From: Octopus sinensis | Lineage: Eukaryota | NCBI RefSeq assembly: GCF_006345805.1 | Contig: NC_043008.1 | Location: 14,446,001-14,510,000, forward strand | Direction: 5' to 3' | Length of the DNA stretch: 64,000 bases | Shown: positions 11,831-23,597 of the stretch, piece by piece | Layout of the letters: each line of letters starts with the position of its first letter | How positions within the stretch are numbered: position 1 is the first letter of the stretch | Notes under the pieces: generated by a model | What the model saw: the letters and a program-made list of their open reading frames with translations, nothing else | Databases searched by the model: none | Told to the model about the DNA's origin: nothing | Program-made: the position numbers and the translations under genes

Positions 11831-11948
11831 TGTATGTATGTATGTATGTATATAGATATGTATAATGTATGTATATATATATATGTATATATACCATAAG
11901 TGTATGTATATATATATGTATATATACATATATATATGTATGTATATA

Positions 11949-11998
<50 letters not shown>

Positions 11999-12005
11999 TT
12001 TATAT
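11686..12005. repeat. (GATA)n/(TATG)n/(TA)n compound microsatellite
   Basis: Read directly from the sequence. Confidence 0.95.
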
Positions 12006-12074
12006 AACAAAAAAACAACAACGCGAGGACGTGGAACAAATATAGTATTATTGGACGCTAAGGAAAGAAGGAGG

Positions 12075-12109
12075 GTTTAACGTTTCGAGCGGAGCTCTTC
12101 GTCGGAAAC
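12075..12109 (-). ncRNA. Minimal type I hammerhead ribozyme-like motif (family HH-B) in a PLE-type relic at ~12007-12170
   Basis: Minus strand reads GTTT-CCGACGA-A-GAGC TCC GCTC-GAAA-CGTT-AAAC: stem I GTTT/AAAC, stem II GAGC/GCTC, palindromic stem III ACGT. Core position 4 is C rather than U. Confidence 0.7.
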
Positions 12110-12714
12110 ATAGGAGAAGGGAAGACAGAGGAAAAAAAATCGCCAACGGTACACACGCGGTCACATTTTGAAATATATATTTATGTAAAGAAAACATTTG
12201 TAGAAGGTGTCACGCAGTGGGGCTTAACCCGGAGCCATGTGCAAGCTTCTTACCACACAGCCCCGCCTGCGACTGTTTTTTTTTTTTAACTTTGTAGGAT
12301 AGGTGTGAGAAGCCGGATCTCGCCAGTTTGACTTAAAACAAGCAAAATATTTGGGCCAGATATGGCTGGTTTAAATTCTAAACGGTTAAATTTTCCGATT
12401 CAGGACCTCCCACTTTTCATATTTCCAAAATACCGCAATAGCATAACTCTTTTTATATTCTTTCTTTTTTAGCCCTAGGCTGTAGCTTCACGTGGTTTCC
12501 AGAGGTTGCAATACCGGTCCGTCACAAGGTTATGTTCCCAGCTATTGCTAGAACACATTTGCAGTGAAATAGAAGGACGGGAAATGGAATGTTTTACTAA
12601 AGAACACAACGCACCACCCTATCCGGGTTTAGAAACCTCGACCTTTCCCTCATGAATGCAACACGCTAACCACAAAACCTCGCGCTTACACCGTGACATA
12701 ATTATTTATTTTTT

Positions 12715-13090
12715 ATCTTTTACTTGTTTCCGTCGTTATACTGCGGCCATGCTGGGGCACCGCCTTCAGGAATTTTTAGTCGAATGAATCGACCCCAGTA
12801 CTTAATTTTTAAACTTGGTACATATTTTATCGGTCCTTTTGCCGAACTGCCAAGTTACGGGGACGCAAACATACCAACATCGGTTGTCAAGTGGTGGTGG
12901 GGGACAAACACAGACACAAAACCACGCACACATAGATATATATTTATAGATGCATTTATATATATGACGGGCTTCTTTCACTCACAAAGCTTTGGTCGGC
13001 CCGAAGCTATAGTAGAAGACAGTTGCCCGTGGTGCCCCGTAGTGGGATTGAACCCAGAGGCTGGAAATCAAACTTCTTACCACGCAGCCA
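12715..13090 (-). mobile_element. Composite SINE S3
   Basis: Reverse complement of the S3 right module (CTGCGGCCATGCTGG...CACCGCC) and left module (GTAGAAGACA...CCCG). Confidence 0.8.
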
Positions 13091-14110
13091 CGCTACTTTT
13101 CACAAATAACCTATTATATAATATTTTTCACTTTTAAGGTTCATACATCAGTTACATTATTCTTTTTGTTTTGTTTTTCAACGTGGTCATTTTCTTTATC
13201 GTACAACTTGTATGGTATCTGATTTCCATTACCACTAGCCAAAACTTCTTTTAAATTTGATAATGCGTCTATTCTGCGTTTTACAGATCAATTCTAGCAA
13301 CAACTAGTAATTAACTTATATCGTATTTATCAGAAACAATTATGCGAAAGATTCTGTTTTGTATAAGTTGGAGAGTTTTATTTTCTTTCATTCACAATTC
13401 ACACAAACTACTTAGGCTAATTACATTCCCTCCTTAAGTTTTTATCGGTACCGGCCATAAATTTCATTAACCGAAACTGGAAATCTTTTCTATTGAACAA
13501 TAAAGTTAGTACATCTTCTCAAAATCTGACTGAATTTATCTTAAATTATTTAGTCGTCTTAATCAAAATATTTTTCGAACTATAGCTGTGTAAGCAGATA
13601 AATTCGTGTATATTCCCCTTAATTATTTGTTTCATAGCTATACTTATAAATATACAAAAAACATTAATCTCCTCGAGTCTTACTACTATGTGTTATCTCA
13701 GAGGAATCTTAGCAGCAATTCAAGTTTCATATTCAAGTGAAACATAATTCGTTTTGGATAAGCGAAACTTAATCGTCTTATCTACTAATCGGACTGCATC
13801 AAGATATACCACAACATACTGGAGGATAGCCACCTTCTTTGCAGTCCTTGTAATATTTTATCTCAGACGGCCATACTTTTTATCTTTCTCTCAACAGCTT
13901 CCACACTACCTTACCACTCTTTCCCAGGTATTAATTTCTTCTTACTTAATTTTTTAAAGGTGGTTGTAACGTATATAAAACAAATACCAGTGGAGTTCAA
14001 CAGATCGATACAAGCGACTGTATGTGATGTGTATCACATACATATTGTTATGCGACCAACTGTTTAGTAAATTAGTTACTCATCTCGAAACCTATACTCT
14101 TTTGTTTCAG

Positions 14111-14177
14111 TTCTTTGAAAAGTTTTTTGAAAATTTTCATCAAAAACACGTTGATCCAGTCCTCTCAGCTGGCAAAT
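14111..14177 (+). CDS. Candidate 67-nt exon (FFEKFFENFHQKHVDPVLSAGK or SLKSFLKIFIKNTLIQSSQLAN)
   Basis: Strong acceptor CTATACTCTTTTGTTTCAG| and donor AAT|GTGAGT. Two frames are open. The product is not recognised. Confidence 0.3.
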
Positions 14178-15029
14178 GTGAGTAATTCAGCTATGGGCCG
14201 GCGTCCTCTTCAGGTGATGAATATGCACGCTATGGAAGCCGAGAAAGTGGCCCTTATGAGACTATGACTCGGAAAGGAACTTTTACTCTATTCATCATAA
14301 ACTTTAGCAACAAAATATTACATGTGCCCCACCACTACCATCATGGTTTATGTGGACCCCGGTCTGGAGCCGCTATTCTATACAATATGCCTTTCAACTA
14401 GTAATAGCAACTAAACGTCCTTCAAAATATAACCTACCATCCTACAAGCAGAAGTACGTATTGTATCAACGTAGTCTTGGATACACTTAGTCTGAAAAAA
14501 AAATATCGATTGGTCAAGGCTGAAATGTTTTTGAACATAGGTCTGTTCGATCAAAAATGGCCCGGCACTAAATAACACCATAAACAGCTGGAATCTCAGA
14601 AAAAATGTTGGCGGTCTGTGTCGCCAAAACAAAAATCAAGTAACAGACGTGCTATTTTGTTCAGTGCAGTCTGGAATAGTCTGGCACTAAGGTCACCATT
14701 ACTCGGTAAACTCCGGCGCCAAAGATACTGTTTTTTCAATGTATAAATACAAACATTTGTAGAAGCGTTTCATAAATTCTTCTTTCCAATGAATCGAAGA
14801 AAGAAAAATATTCAACAATTTTAGTTTTAGTTGACTGATTTCAGTGAAATGATTAGAGTGAATTGTTTAATAGAATGTGTGTGTGTGTGTGTGTGTGTAT
14901 GTGTGTGTGTGTGTGTGTCTGTCTGTGTGTGTACGCGAACGTGTTTATGAAGTGAGATTATGGTCTGTCTACATGTGTTTATACACACACACACCACACA
15001 CACACACATATATTTATATATAATTATAT

Positions 15030-15181
15030 GTGAGTGTGTGTGTGTGTGTGTATGTGTGTGTGTGTCAGTCTCTGTGTGTATGTATATTAGCTTTCAGATT
15101 TTTTTTTCTTATTTCATTTTTCTTACGAAGGAAATGGCTTTTAATAAAACTAAAACAGCTCCTTTACTGGAATATATATAC

Positions 15182-15237
<56 letters not shown>

Positions 15238-15430
15238 CATATATATATATATATATAATATATATATATATATTATACATATATATATATACACACATAT
15301 ATATATACATATATATATACATATATTTATACATATATATATATATATATTCATATATATTTATACATAAATATATAATGTATACACACACAGTCATATA
15401 TATATATATACATATATATATATTATATAT

Positions 15431-15464
<34 letters not shown>

Positions 15465-15535
15465 ATATATACATATGTATGTATGTATATATATATATTA
15501 TATATGATTATGCATGTATGTTTGTATGTCTGTAT
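15030..15535. repeat. (TG)n/(TA)n microsatellite block
   Basis: Read directly from the sequence. Confidence 0.9.
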
Positions 15536-16280
15536 GTAGAAGGAAAAGTGACGCGTTGAACTTTAGTAAACTTTTTTTTTTTTTCTGTGATATATTTTCT
15601 CTTTTTTAGTTTCGAAATTTCCAATGATAATGAAATAGCTGGTTTCTAATTTCGGACATATTGGTCTTTCATTTGAGTTTAGGTAATATCAACGGTGTAA
15701 TTATTTATGCGTATGTACGCATGCAAGTATGTATGATTATTTGGATGTGTGGGTGGATGGTTGTCTGGCTGGCTGGCTGGATGGATGGATGGATGGATGG
15801 ATGGATGGATGGATGGCTGGCTGTTTCTGATAGGATCGACAGGATCATACGTGCCTGACAACTCTGCCCCCAACGACCCTCCCAGAAACAGTGGACGGAG
15901 AAAATGGATGGATGAATGGATCGATGAATGAATATAGTTGGTATTTGATTGGGATTTCTCACTCCAAGACTGCATTGAGGTAACCTCTACAGTGACATAA
16001 TATAATCCTGTCGGTACTCCATGCCCAGCTTACAGTGTGTTTTACTTTTGCTCTGTGACCTGAGGTTTTTGTTTCTATGCCCAGTAAAATGGTCATTTTT
16101 CTTGTTTCATTTGGGGTTGCTATTAAGTAGGGTTTTCCAAACTTCCTTGGACAGAAATCTGTGTAGGCTTTAATGTTATGTCTTAACCGAAGTTCACGAG
16201 TTTTCCTAAATTTTATGGTTGTTGTTTTTATTTTAGCTCTCCCAAGATAGCTGGTGACATTTTTTCTCTTATATATATAT

Positions 16281-16322
<42 letters not shown>

Positions 16323-16354
16323 ATATTAATATTTAATATTTAATATTGTGAAGT

Positions 16355-16437
16355 CCCATGCTGATGAAGAAAATGTTCGGGTAAAGTATAAATTACACAT
16401 TCTTTATACCGATCTAATTCCGAAACGCGTACATGGG
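16355..16437 (+). ncRNA. Type I hammerhead ribozyme (family HH-A) with canonical core and extended stem II
   Basis: CCCATG-CTGATGA-[A GAA…TCGG GTAAAG…CTTTAT A CCGA…TTC C]-GAAA-CGCG-TA-CATGGG. Perfect 6-bp stem I, palindromic stem III, GUA cleavage triplet (predicted cut after 16431). Confidence 0.8.
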
Positions 16438-16699
16438 TAATCTAATATCGATTGATATTCGTTATTTTTCCTCTCTGTCTTCGTGGATTGTTTTCGAGTA
16501 ATTTGTTTTTCTGGAAGTCTCTTTTTTCAAGTAGAGGAAATAGGGTTTTTTGACTGCTATTTCTAAACTTCGGTATGTTGTAAAGCAAATCTTTGCTGAA
16601 CCCTACTATAAAGTATATATATATATATATATATATATAATAGTAGGGAGATTTGTACCAAGCAGTTATTTAAGTTTAAAAACACTCACAGACATGGCG

Positions 16700-17110
16700 T
16701 GCATTCGTCATTCCCTGATGACAAAATCTTGAACCAAGACCAAAAGTCTAAGAGGAGAATTGAAAGATAGTTATGTGCAAAACCGTCTGGTGATCACAGA
16801 GAGATGCACGCTAAGTTTGCAGCAACTGTGATGGGTTTTTTTTAAATGTGATACGTAACGAAGATCATGTCACCTTGAATTTTTCCACAAGGTCTTCGAA
16901 TTATTACGGATGGATATGTTGAGTGCTGAAAATAGTTGTTATGAATTTTATTTGCAGTGGAGGGCCATGCATTTTTCAGAAAATACTCAGCACCTCTCAT
17001 AAATCTCGCATAACCAAAGAATGAATCGTAAACAACCTTTACGACCATGTAACACCAAACGTGTGGCCTCCAAACTCAACAGATTTAAACCTTATGAAAT
17101 ACTATTTTCG
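16700..17110 (+). pseudogene. Degenerate Tc1/mariner DD37D (maT)-like transposase catalytic domain
   Basis: Frameshifted peptides FPDDKILNQDQK, MHAKFAATVMG, IFPQGLRIITDGYVE and NLYDHVTPNVWPPNSTDLN (compare FSDEK…, WPPNSPDLNP). Confidence 0.8.
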
Positions 17111-17691
17111 TGAAGTTGTTGTTGTTGTTGTTGTTGTTGTTATGGTAGTTGTGGTAGTCGTGATAGTCGCGGTAGCTGCTGGTGAATGAAAATGTATTTC
17201 TAAGGTTGCGTGTAGAAGTAATTAACAGCATTTTCAAATAATTAGCAGAAGCTTTAATTTACTGCATATAGTGTTTTCTGCGTTGGCCTTAGATAAGAAC
17301 TAGCAGCGACAATTACACACGGAGAGAGATATATGACTGAGATCAACGACAATTTGACTGGTATAGCAATTACAGCTGACTCGTCACAACTGAAAAATAA
17401 CTGCGCAATACTCATGGAGATAAAATCGCTGCCTTCGACTGGCGGTCTCAATATTATCGGGTTACCATCAAAAACCACATTTATATAGGACTCAATGAGA
17501 AAGTTCTAGAAAATAGAATCATGCGATGGCTTGACGCTAATTGATTCGTTAATTGGCTGATCACGTGAAATTGCTGTGACTTAGTCGTGATGTCTAGTCG
17601 GCTATGAGGCGATTCGGTTTCGAATCCGCTACACTGCGTTCGAATCGTAGATGAAAGATAGCTAATCGTCATTATCACAGTACCGTAGACA

Positions 17692-17954
17692 TTTTAGACA
17701 TTATATTATGTCAATTTATTTAATTATTTACTAAAATGACAATTACAAGAATATACATGTATAAGATATTATGCTTTACATATAAAATAGTATAACATTG
17801 TATGTTATATTTTAATAATTTTAATAATTTCTGGTATCTTTATATATTAATATATTTTATATGGAAAGCATAATATGTTATACATGTATGTATATTCTTG
17901 TAATTGTCATTTTAGTACATAAATAAATAAATTGACATAATATAATGTCTAAAA
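17692..17954. repeat. AT-rich foldback (long imperfect inverted repeat, MITE-like)
   Basis: TTTTAGACATTATATTATGTCAATTT…CTAAAATGACAATTACAAGAATATAC mirrored by GTATATTCTTGTAATTGTCATTTTAG…AAATTGACATAATATAATGTCTAAAA. Confidence 0.8.
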
Positions 17955-18044
17955 GTTGATGAACCACCAATTGATCCCCTCCATTTTCTTATTGCTATAT
18001 ATAAATATATATATATATATACATTGTATATATATATATACAAT

Positions 18045-18280
18045 AGGCAGCAGGCTGGCAGAAACGTTAGCACGTCGGGCGAAATGCGTAGCCGTATTTC
18101 GTCTGCCGTTAAGTGTTCTGGGTTCAAATTCCGCCGAGGTCGACTTTGCCTTTCATCCTTTCGGGGTCGATAAATTAAGTACCAGTTACGCACTGGGGTC
18201 GATGTAATCGACTTAATCCCTTTGTCTGTCCTTGTTTGTCCCCTCTATGTTTAGCCCCTTGTGGGTAGTAAAGAAATATA
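18045..18280 (+). mobile_element. S1 SINE (tail A) flanked by (TA)n
   Basis: Head, core and tail A match 122-355. Confidence 0.88.
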
Positions 18281-18490
18281 ATATATATATATATATATAT
18301 ACTATATACATTCGTAGCCACTTCAACATGGCTGTCCGTCCGAACGGATTCTACTGCGATTTTTTTAACCCGAAGAGGACATCTCCTCCAGCTTTAATGA
18401 TGCAGATGTGCATTCAATAAATTGCGAGTAGGATGGGGGGCGAACCCCTACCACCTACTAGCGAGATTTTAGAACAAGCATTTTTACTTG

Positions 18491-18534
<44 letters not shown>

Positions 18535-18555
18535 ATATGTGACAATTATTCAATG

Positions 18556-18625
18556 GACAAGATAAAACTTTGAGTTTCAGATACCGAGGTGGAAATCTAC
18601 AACACCATCTCTTCGGTTATCTGGC
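18556..18625 (-). ncRNA. Type I hammerhead-like motif HH-C (inverted-arm copy)
   Basis: Reverse complement of the 18837-18906 motif with a few substitutions. Confidence 0.6.
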
Positions 18626-18836
18626 CATCTGAAAAACGCTATGAAAAAAGACCGTTATACAAAGGGAAATTACTGTGTTATTATTCCGCTACTTATATTA
18701 ACTAAGGCTAAAAGTTCATAGTAAACACGTAAGCATGCCTACTCATACTTTTAACCTTAATCTATATAAGTAGCGGAATTATAACACAGTAATTTCCCTT
18801 TGTATAACGGTCTTTTTTCATAGCGTTTTTCAGATG

Positions 18837-18906
18837 GCCAGATAACCGAAGAGATGGGGTTGTGGATTTCCACTTCGGCATCCGAAACTCAGAGTTTTAT
18901 CTTGGC
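18837..18906 (+). ncRNA. Type I hammerhead-like motif (family HH-C, core CCGAAGA)
   Basis: GCCAGATAA-CCGAAGA-GATG…GTGGA/TCCAC…CATCC-GAAA-CTCAGAG-TT-TTATCTTGGC. Stem I has 9 bp with one bulge. Confidence 0.7.
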
Positions 18907-19034
18907 TATTGGATAATTGTCACATATTACATTTACAGATAAATTTCCTCTATTTACATAATATTGAGGTCTCTTTCTTTCTTTTGTTATCTTACGGTTT
19001 TTACCAATATATATATATATATATATATATTATT

Positions 19035-19165
19035 CCGCCGAGGCCGACTTTGCCTTTCATCCTTTCGGGGTCGATAAATTAAGCACTAGTTGCGTACTGG
19101 GGCCGATCTAATCGACTGGCCCCCTCTCCAAAATTTCGGGCCTTTGTGCCTAGAGTAGAAAAGGT
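19035..19165 (+). mobile_element. 5'-truncated S1 SINE
   Basis: Core GACTTTGCCTTTCATCCTTTCGGGGTCGATAAATTAAG. Confidence 0.8.
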
Positions 19166-19254
19166 TATACGTGTGTTTGTGTGTGGTGTGTGTGTGTGTG
19201 TGTGTGTAAATCAAAGTAAATTAAGAGAACAGGGGACTCTATATCTATATATCT

Positions 19255-19595
19255 CATTTACTCATTTACTTGTTTCAGTCATTTGACTGTGGCCATGCTG
19301 GAGCACCGCCTTTAGTCGAGGAAATAGACCCCAGGACTTATTCTTTGTAAGCCTAGTACTTATTCTATCGGTTGTCATGCGATGTTGGTGGGGGGGGACA
19401 AACACAGACACACAAACACACACATATATACGATGGGCTTCTTTCAGTTTCCGTCTACCAAATCCACTTACAAGGCTTTGATCGGCCCGATGCTACAGTA
19501 GAAGACACTTGCCCAAGGTGCCCCGTAGTAGGACTGAACCCGGAACCATGTGGTTCATAAGCAAGCTACTTACCACACAGCCACTCCTACGCCTA
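19255..19595 (-). mobile_element. Composite SINE S3
   Basis: Both modules present, separated by a (CA)-rich linker. Confidence 0.85.
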
Positions 19596-19929
19596 TATGT
19601 AAAAGAAAAGATTTAAAAAAATTTTCCAGTCTTTTTCTTTGCTTCACTGTCAGTAAAAAGCAAAAGAAACAAGCGAAGAAATCTTTTCTTTCCGCTTCTT
19701 TCGAAAAACCAATGTTGTATAATTCACACAAGGTTCTCATAGACATTTTTTTTTTTTTCCAAAAGTTCAAATTCGTGTTACAGATAACATACGGTGTTTG
19801 TACCTGACACCAAATAAATCACTTTTGATATGTGTTTAGAAACAAGGATGAGGCTAAAATGCCAGTCGTTTATAATAAAAAAAAATGAAAAGAAATACAA
19901 GATAGCTTACCAGTGTTTATGAGTTTTCG

Positions 19930-20258
19930 CTGAGAGCTCAAAATCTCTCGTGGAAGCGTCATCTAACCGAAGTACAAATATATGGGAAACTACCACCTGT
20001 GTCATCTCTTGTGAAAGGTAGAAGAGTCCAGTTTGCTGGAGATTGTTGTAAAGCTGAAAACGAGGCAATTTCTACTCTTCTCCTCTGGAAGCCATCTACT
20101 CGCGATACCAGCGGGCGCACACTCTCCTACCCTGATGTAATCTCCAGGGATACAGGCATCCAGCAACAGGACCTCCGTAATGCTATGATGGACAGTGAAG
20201 TCTGGCGTAGCATGGTAAATTCCATTGTCTCGACCACGGTCGAACAATGATGATGATG
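19930..20258 (+). mobile_element. RTE-clade LINE 3' end (5'-truncated) with (TGA)n tail
   Basis: Peptide LSWKRHLTEVQIYGKLPPVSSLVKGRRVQFAG…WKP…YPDVISRDTG…AMMDSEVWRSMV, typical of the post-RT C-terminus of RTE elements. It ends in TGATGATGATGA. Confidence 0.8.
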
Positions 20259-20329
20259 AAAGCTTGATACGGCAACCAATATTCCAAAAATATTAGCGGC
20301 AGTTGGGTGTAATGAACCAAGAATTGTTT

Positions 20330-20612
20330 CCGAATAAACTGCGAAACCGGATTAGTGATAGTCGAGAACATGTAAAGAGAAACAGGATAATTATGGTCAA
20401 CTGCTTCGAAATCTTCAGTTTCTGTACTCAGATTATAAATTCACATTCATTCCAATAATAGTCGGTGCTGAGTAAGGGACTAAGTGACAGTCTGAATAAG
20501 TTGGTGTGGAGTGAGAAAAAGGAAATCAATTAGCTAATTCGCACTTTAAAATACAGTTTGTAAGCGGAACAGGGAAAATGCGCAAGACTTTTCTTGGGTT
20601 CAAAACGTGAAG
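20330..20612 (+). mobile_element. Degenerate C-terminus of an RLE-type (R4/Dong-like) non-LTR element
   Basis: Peptide KEKQDNYGQLLRNLQFLYSDYKFTFIPIIVGA followed by …GTGKMRKTFLGFKT*. This resembles the K..KY…PIIIGALG segment of restriction-like endonucleases. Confidence 0.6.
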
Positions 20613-20744
20613 TTGCGTTTTGCGATTGTTTGTTTTATTTACGCTCTGACGATGGAACTTTGTGCCTTCGTTAGAAACTAGCTCCTTCCTTACAGTATGA
20701 TTTCAAAGGATTAAAAAGAGAGTATACATACATATATACACTCA

Positions 20745-21195
20745 CAAATGCATACGTGTGTGTGTATGTGTGCGTGGTGTGTGAGTGAGTGTATGGGTGG
20801 TGTGTGTGAGTGAGTGAATGTGTGTGTGAGTGAGTGAATGTGTGTGAGTGTGCGTGTTTGTATGTGTGAGTGTGCGTCTGTGAGTGTGTGTGTGTAAGTG
20901 TGAGTGCGCATGTATATGAGCGTGTGCGTGTGAGTGTGTATGAGTGTGTGTGTATGTGGTGTGTGTGTGAGTGAGTATTTGAGTCCGTATGTGTATACGG
21001 TGTGTGTGTGTGTGAGTGTGTGTGTTTGTATGTGTGTATGTGCGTCTGTGAGTGTGTGAGCGCGTATGTATGTGAGCGTGTGTGTGTGTGACTTTGTGAA
21101 TGAGTGTGCATACGTGTGAGTGTGTGTGTGTGTCTGTGTGTGTAAATGTGTATGTGAGTACGTGTGTGAGTGCGTGTGTGTGAGTGTGTGTGCCA
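20745..21195. repeat. Cryptic (GT/GA)-rich microsatellite
   Basis: Read directly from the sequence. Confidence 0.9.
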
Positions 21196-21490
21196 AGGCG
21201 CGTAGCTTAATGGTATTCGGCTCACGATCGTAACATCGTGAGTTCGATTCCCGGTGAGCACATTGCGTCCTTGACCAATACACTTAATTTCACGTTGCTG
21301 TTCCAGTCCACGCAGCTGTGGAAAATGGTGAGTAGTGCCTACATTTCAAAGGGCCACTCTACCATCTTGTGTGTCACTATGATTCTACTGAGAACTGCAT
21401 TACGGTATGCAATTGCAGGTTAATTCACGAGCAGGGTGTGCGGTGTGATGGATCAACTTCAACACTCGTGTCGTAATCGACGTTGTACCT
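21196..21490 (+). mobile_element. Degenerate SINE S4 (CORE-like head plus S2-type long tail)
   Basis: tRNA-like head GTGAGTTCGATTCCCGG and tail ATTTCAAAGGGCC…TTAATTCACGAGCAGG. Confidence 0.65.
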
Positions 21491-21500
21491 GTGATTCATC

Positions 21501-21532
<32 letters not shown>

Positions 21533-21645
21533 GTGATATGGTGTGTGTATTTATGTGTTTATATAATATATGTGGACCACGTGTTGTGTACGGGGCGATG
21601 TGTTTTTCCTCTGTCTTCCCTTCTCGGGATCTTTCCTTCTCCGAT

Positions 21646-21680
21646 GTTTCTGACGAAGAGCTCCGCTCGAAAACGTTACC
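21646..21680 (+). ncRNA. Hammerhead-like motif HH-B, stem I damaged
   Basis: GTTT-CTGACGA-AGAGCTCCGCTC-GAAAACGTTA. The surrounding 21570-21770 is homologous to 12007-12170. Confidence 0.55.
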
Positions 21681-21949
21681 CTCCTTTTTCCTGAGCGTCC
21701 ATAATACTATATCTTGTTTCTCGTATCGCGTTGTGTGTTTTTTGTGTGCTTGTTGTTTGATTAACTTTATATAATATATATATGTGTGTGTGTGTATATA
21801 TATATATTATATGTGTAAAATGGGAGACAACAAAAGAAAGAAAGAGACTCAATAAGTAATGAATAGAGGAATTTATCTGTAAATGTAATATGGTGACAAT
21901 TTGCTATAGCATTTTTCCGATGGCCGGGGTAACGTATATATGTAATATT

Positions 21950-21977
21950 CTTATATATATGTGTATATATATATATA

Positions 21978-22046
<69 letters not shown>

Positions 22047-22102
22047 GTATATATATATTATATATATATGTGTGTGTATATATATATATATATATATTTA
22101 TA

Positions 22103-22135
<33 letters not shown>

Positions 22136-22497
22136 ATATATAGTATATATATATATATGTATATATATGTATGTATGTATATATATATGTATGTATATAT
22201 ATATACTGGTTTGTCCTACATATCTGACAACCGATATATGGTGTGCTTATATATAACTTAGCGGTACAAAGAGACTGATAGAATAATACTAACATACAAA
22301 GATAACTGGGGTCTATTTGCTATAATGATAGCATCCGCATCACATACTGAAACAATAAAAAAGTAAAAGATATATATATATATATACATATGTATAATAT
22401 ATATAATATATATATATACATAATATATACATATATATATACCTACATATATATATATATATACATATATATATACATATTATACATATATATATAC

Positions 22498-22534
<37 letters not shown>

Positions 22535-22570
22535 TTACATATACATATATAAACATATACGTATATATAC

Positions 22571-22602
<32 letters not shown>

Positions 22603-22716
22603 CTATATATACATATACATATATATATACGTATATATATATATACATATATATACATATACATATATATTACTACATATAATATACTATATATATATAT
22701 AATACATATATATAAA

Positions 22717-22776
<60 letters not shown>

Positions 22777-22780
22777 GTAC
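21950..22780. repeat. (TA)n microsatellite blocks
   Basis: Read directly from the sequence. Confidence 0.9.
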
Positions 22781-23361
22781 CATGTACGCATATACGTATT
22801 ACGTATGCATACATACAGATATGCTTGAATGTAAAGTTTAGGAAAGGATTAAAGGATCAGAAAATATAAAATAATTTTCACTCCAACAAACTCGTTTCCT
22901 TTACATCATTTTTGTTTGCAATGTTTAATGCGTTCTCGCGAGCACATACTGCCGTGTGTGTGGGGGGGGGGGGGGTCCACTGTTTCTTCAGTTTTCACTT
23001 ATTTGTTTTTCAAACTTATTTCTATTCGAGAATCAGTTTTGAAATTATTTTTGCAGTTCAATACGGATTCCACTGCGATTCCAGTTTCTCATATCATTTC
23101 AAATGATTCTTGCCTTTATTCTGCAAGTGCTATGTTTTCTTTCAGTTTCTTAATAATTTTATTATAGACATGTGTTAGCATTTTCAACAAAAATATTGAA
23201 ATTATAAGGATTTTTTTTGTTTCTTCGATATTTAATCTTTACAACTTATAAATACACGGCAATACATTGTCATTTTGTATAAACACAATGAAAAGAAGAT
23301 TGCATTCTATGGAAGAAATATTTTAGTTTAAAAAAAATATTATAATTGAAAACAACTAACA

Positions 23362-23548
23362 TAGCTGCGGGCGTCGCTGGGTGGTAAGTAGCTTGCTTAC
23401 CCAGCACATGGTTCCCGGTTCAATCCCACTGCGTGGCTCCATGGCCAAGTGTCTTCTACTATAGCCTCGGGCCGACCAAAGCCTTGTCAATGGATTTCGT
23501 AGACGGAAACTGAAAGAAGCCCATCGTATATATGTATATATATATATA

Positions 23549-23597
<49 letters not shown>

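Larger units (their letters stand above)
18533..19007. mobile_element. PLE-type pseudo-LTR relic with ~180-bp inverted duplication, one hammerhead motif per arm
   Basis: Arms 18533-18715 and 18747-18929 are reverse complements with a ~31-nt spacer. (TA)n lies on both sides. Confidence 0.75.

Noticed and set aside
20640-20690. CTGACGA…GAAACTAG, and TGATGA…GAAAG near 49810, as further hammerheads
   Set aside because: Stem II and/or stem I pairing is not convincing.
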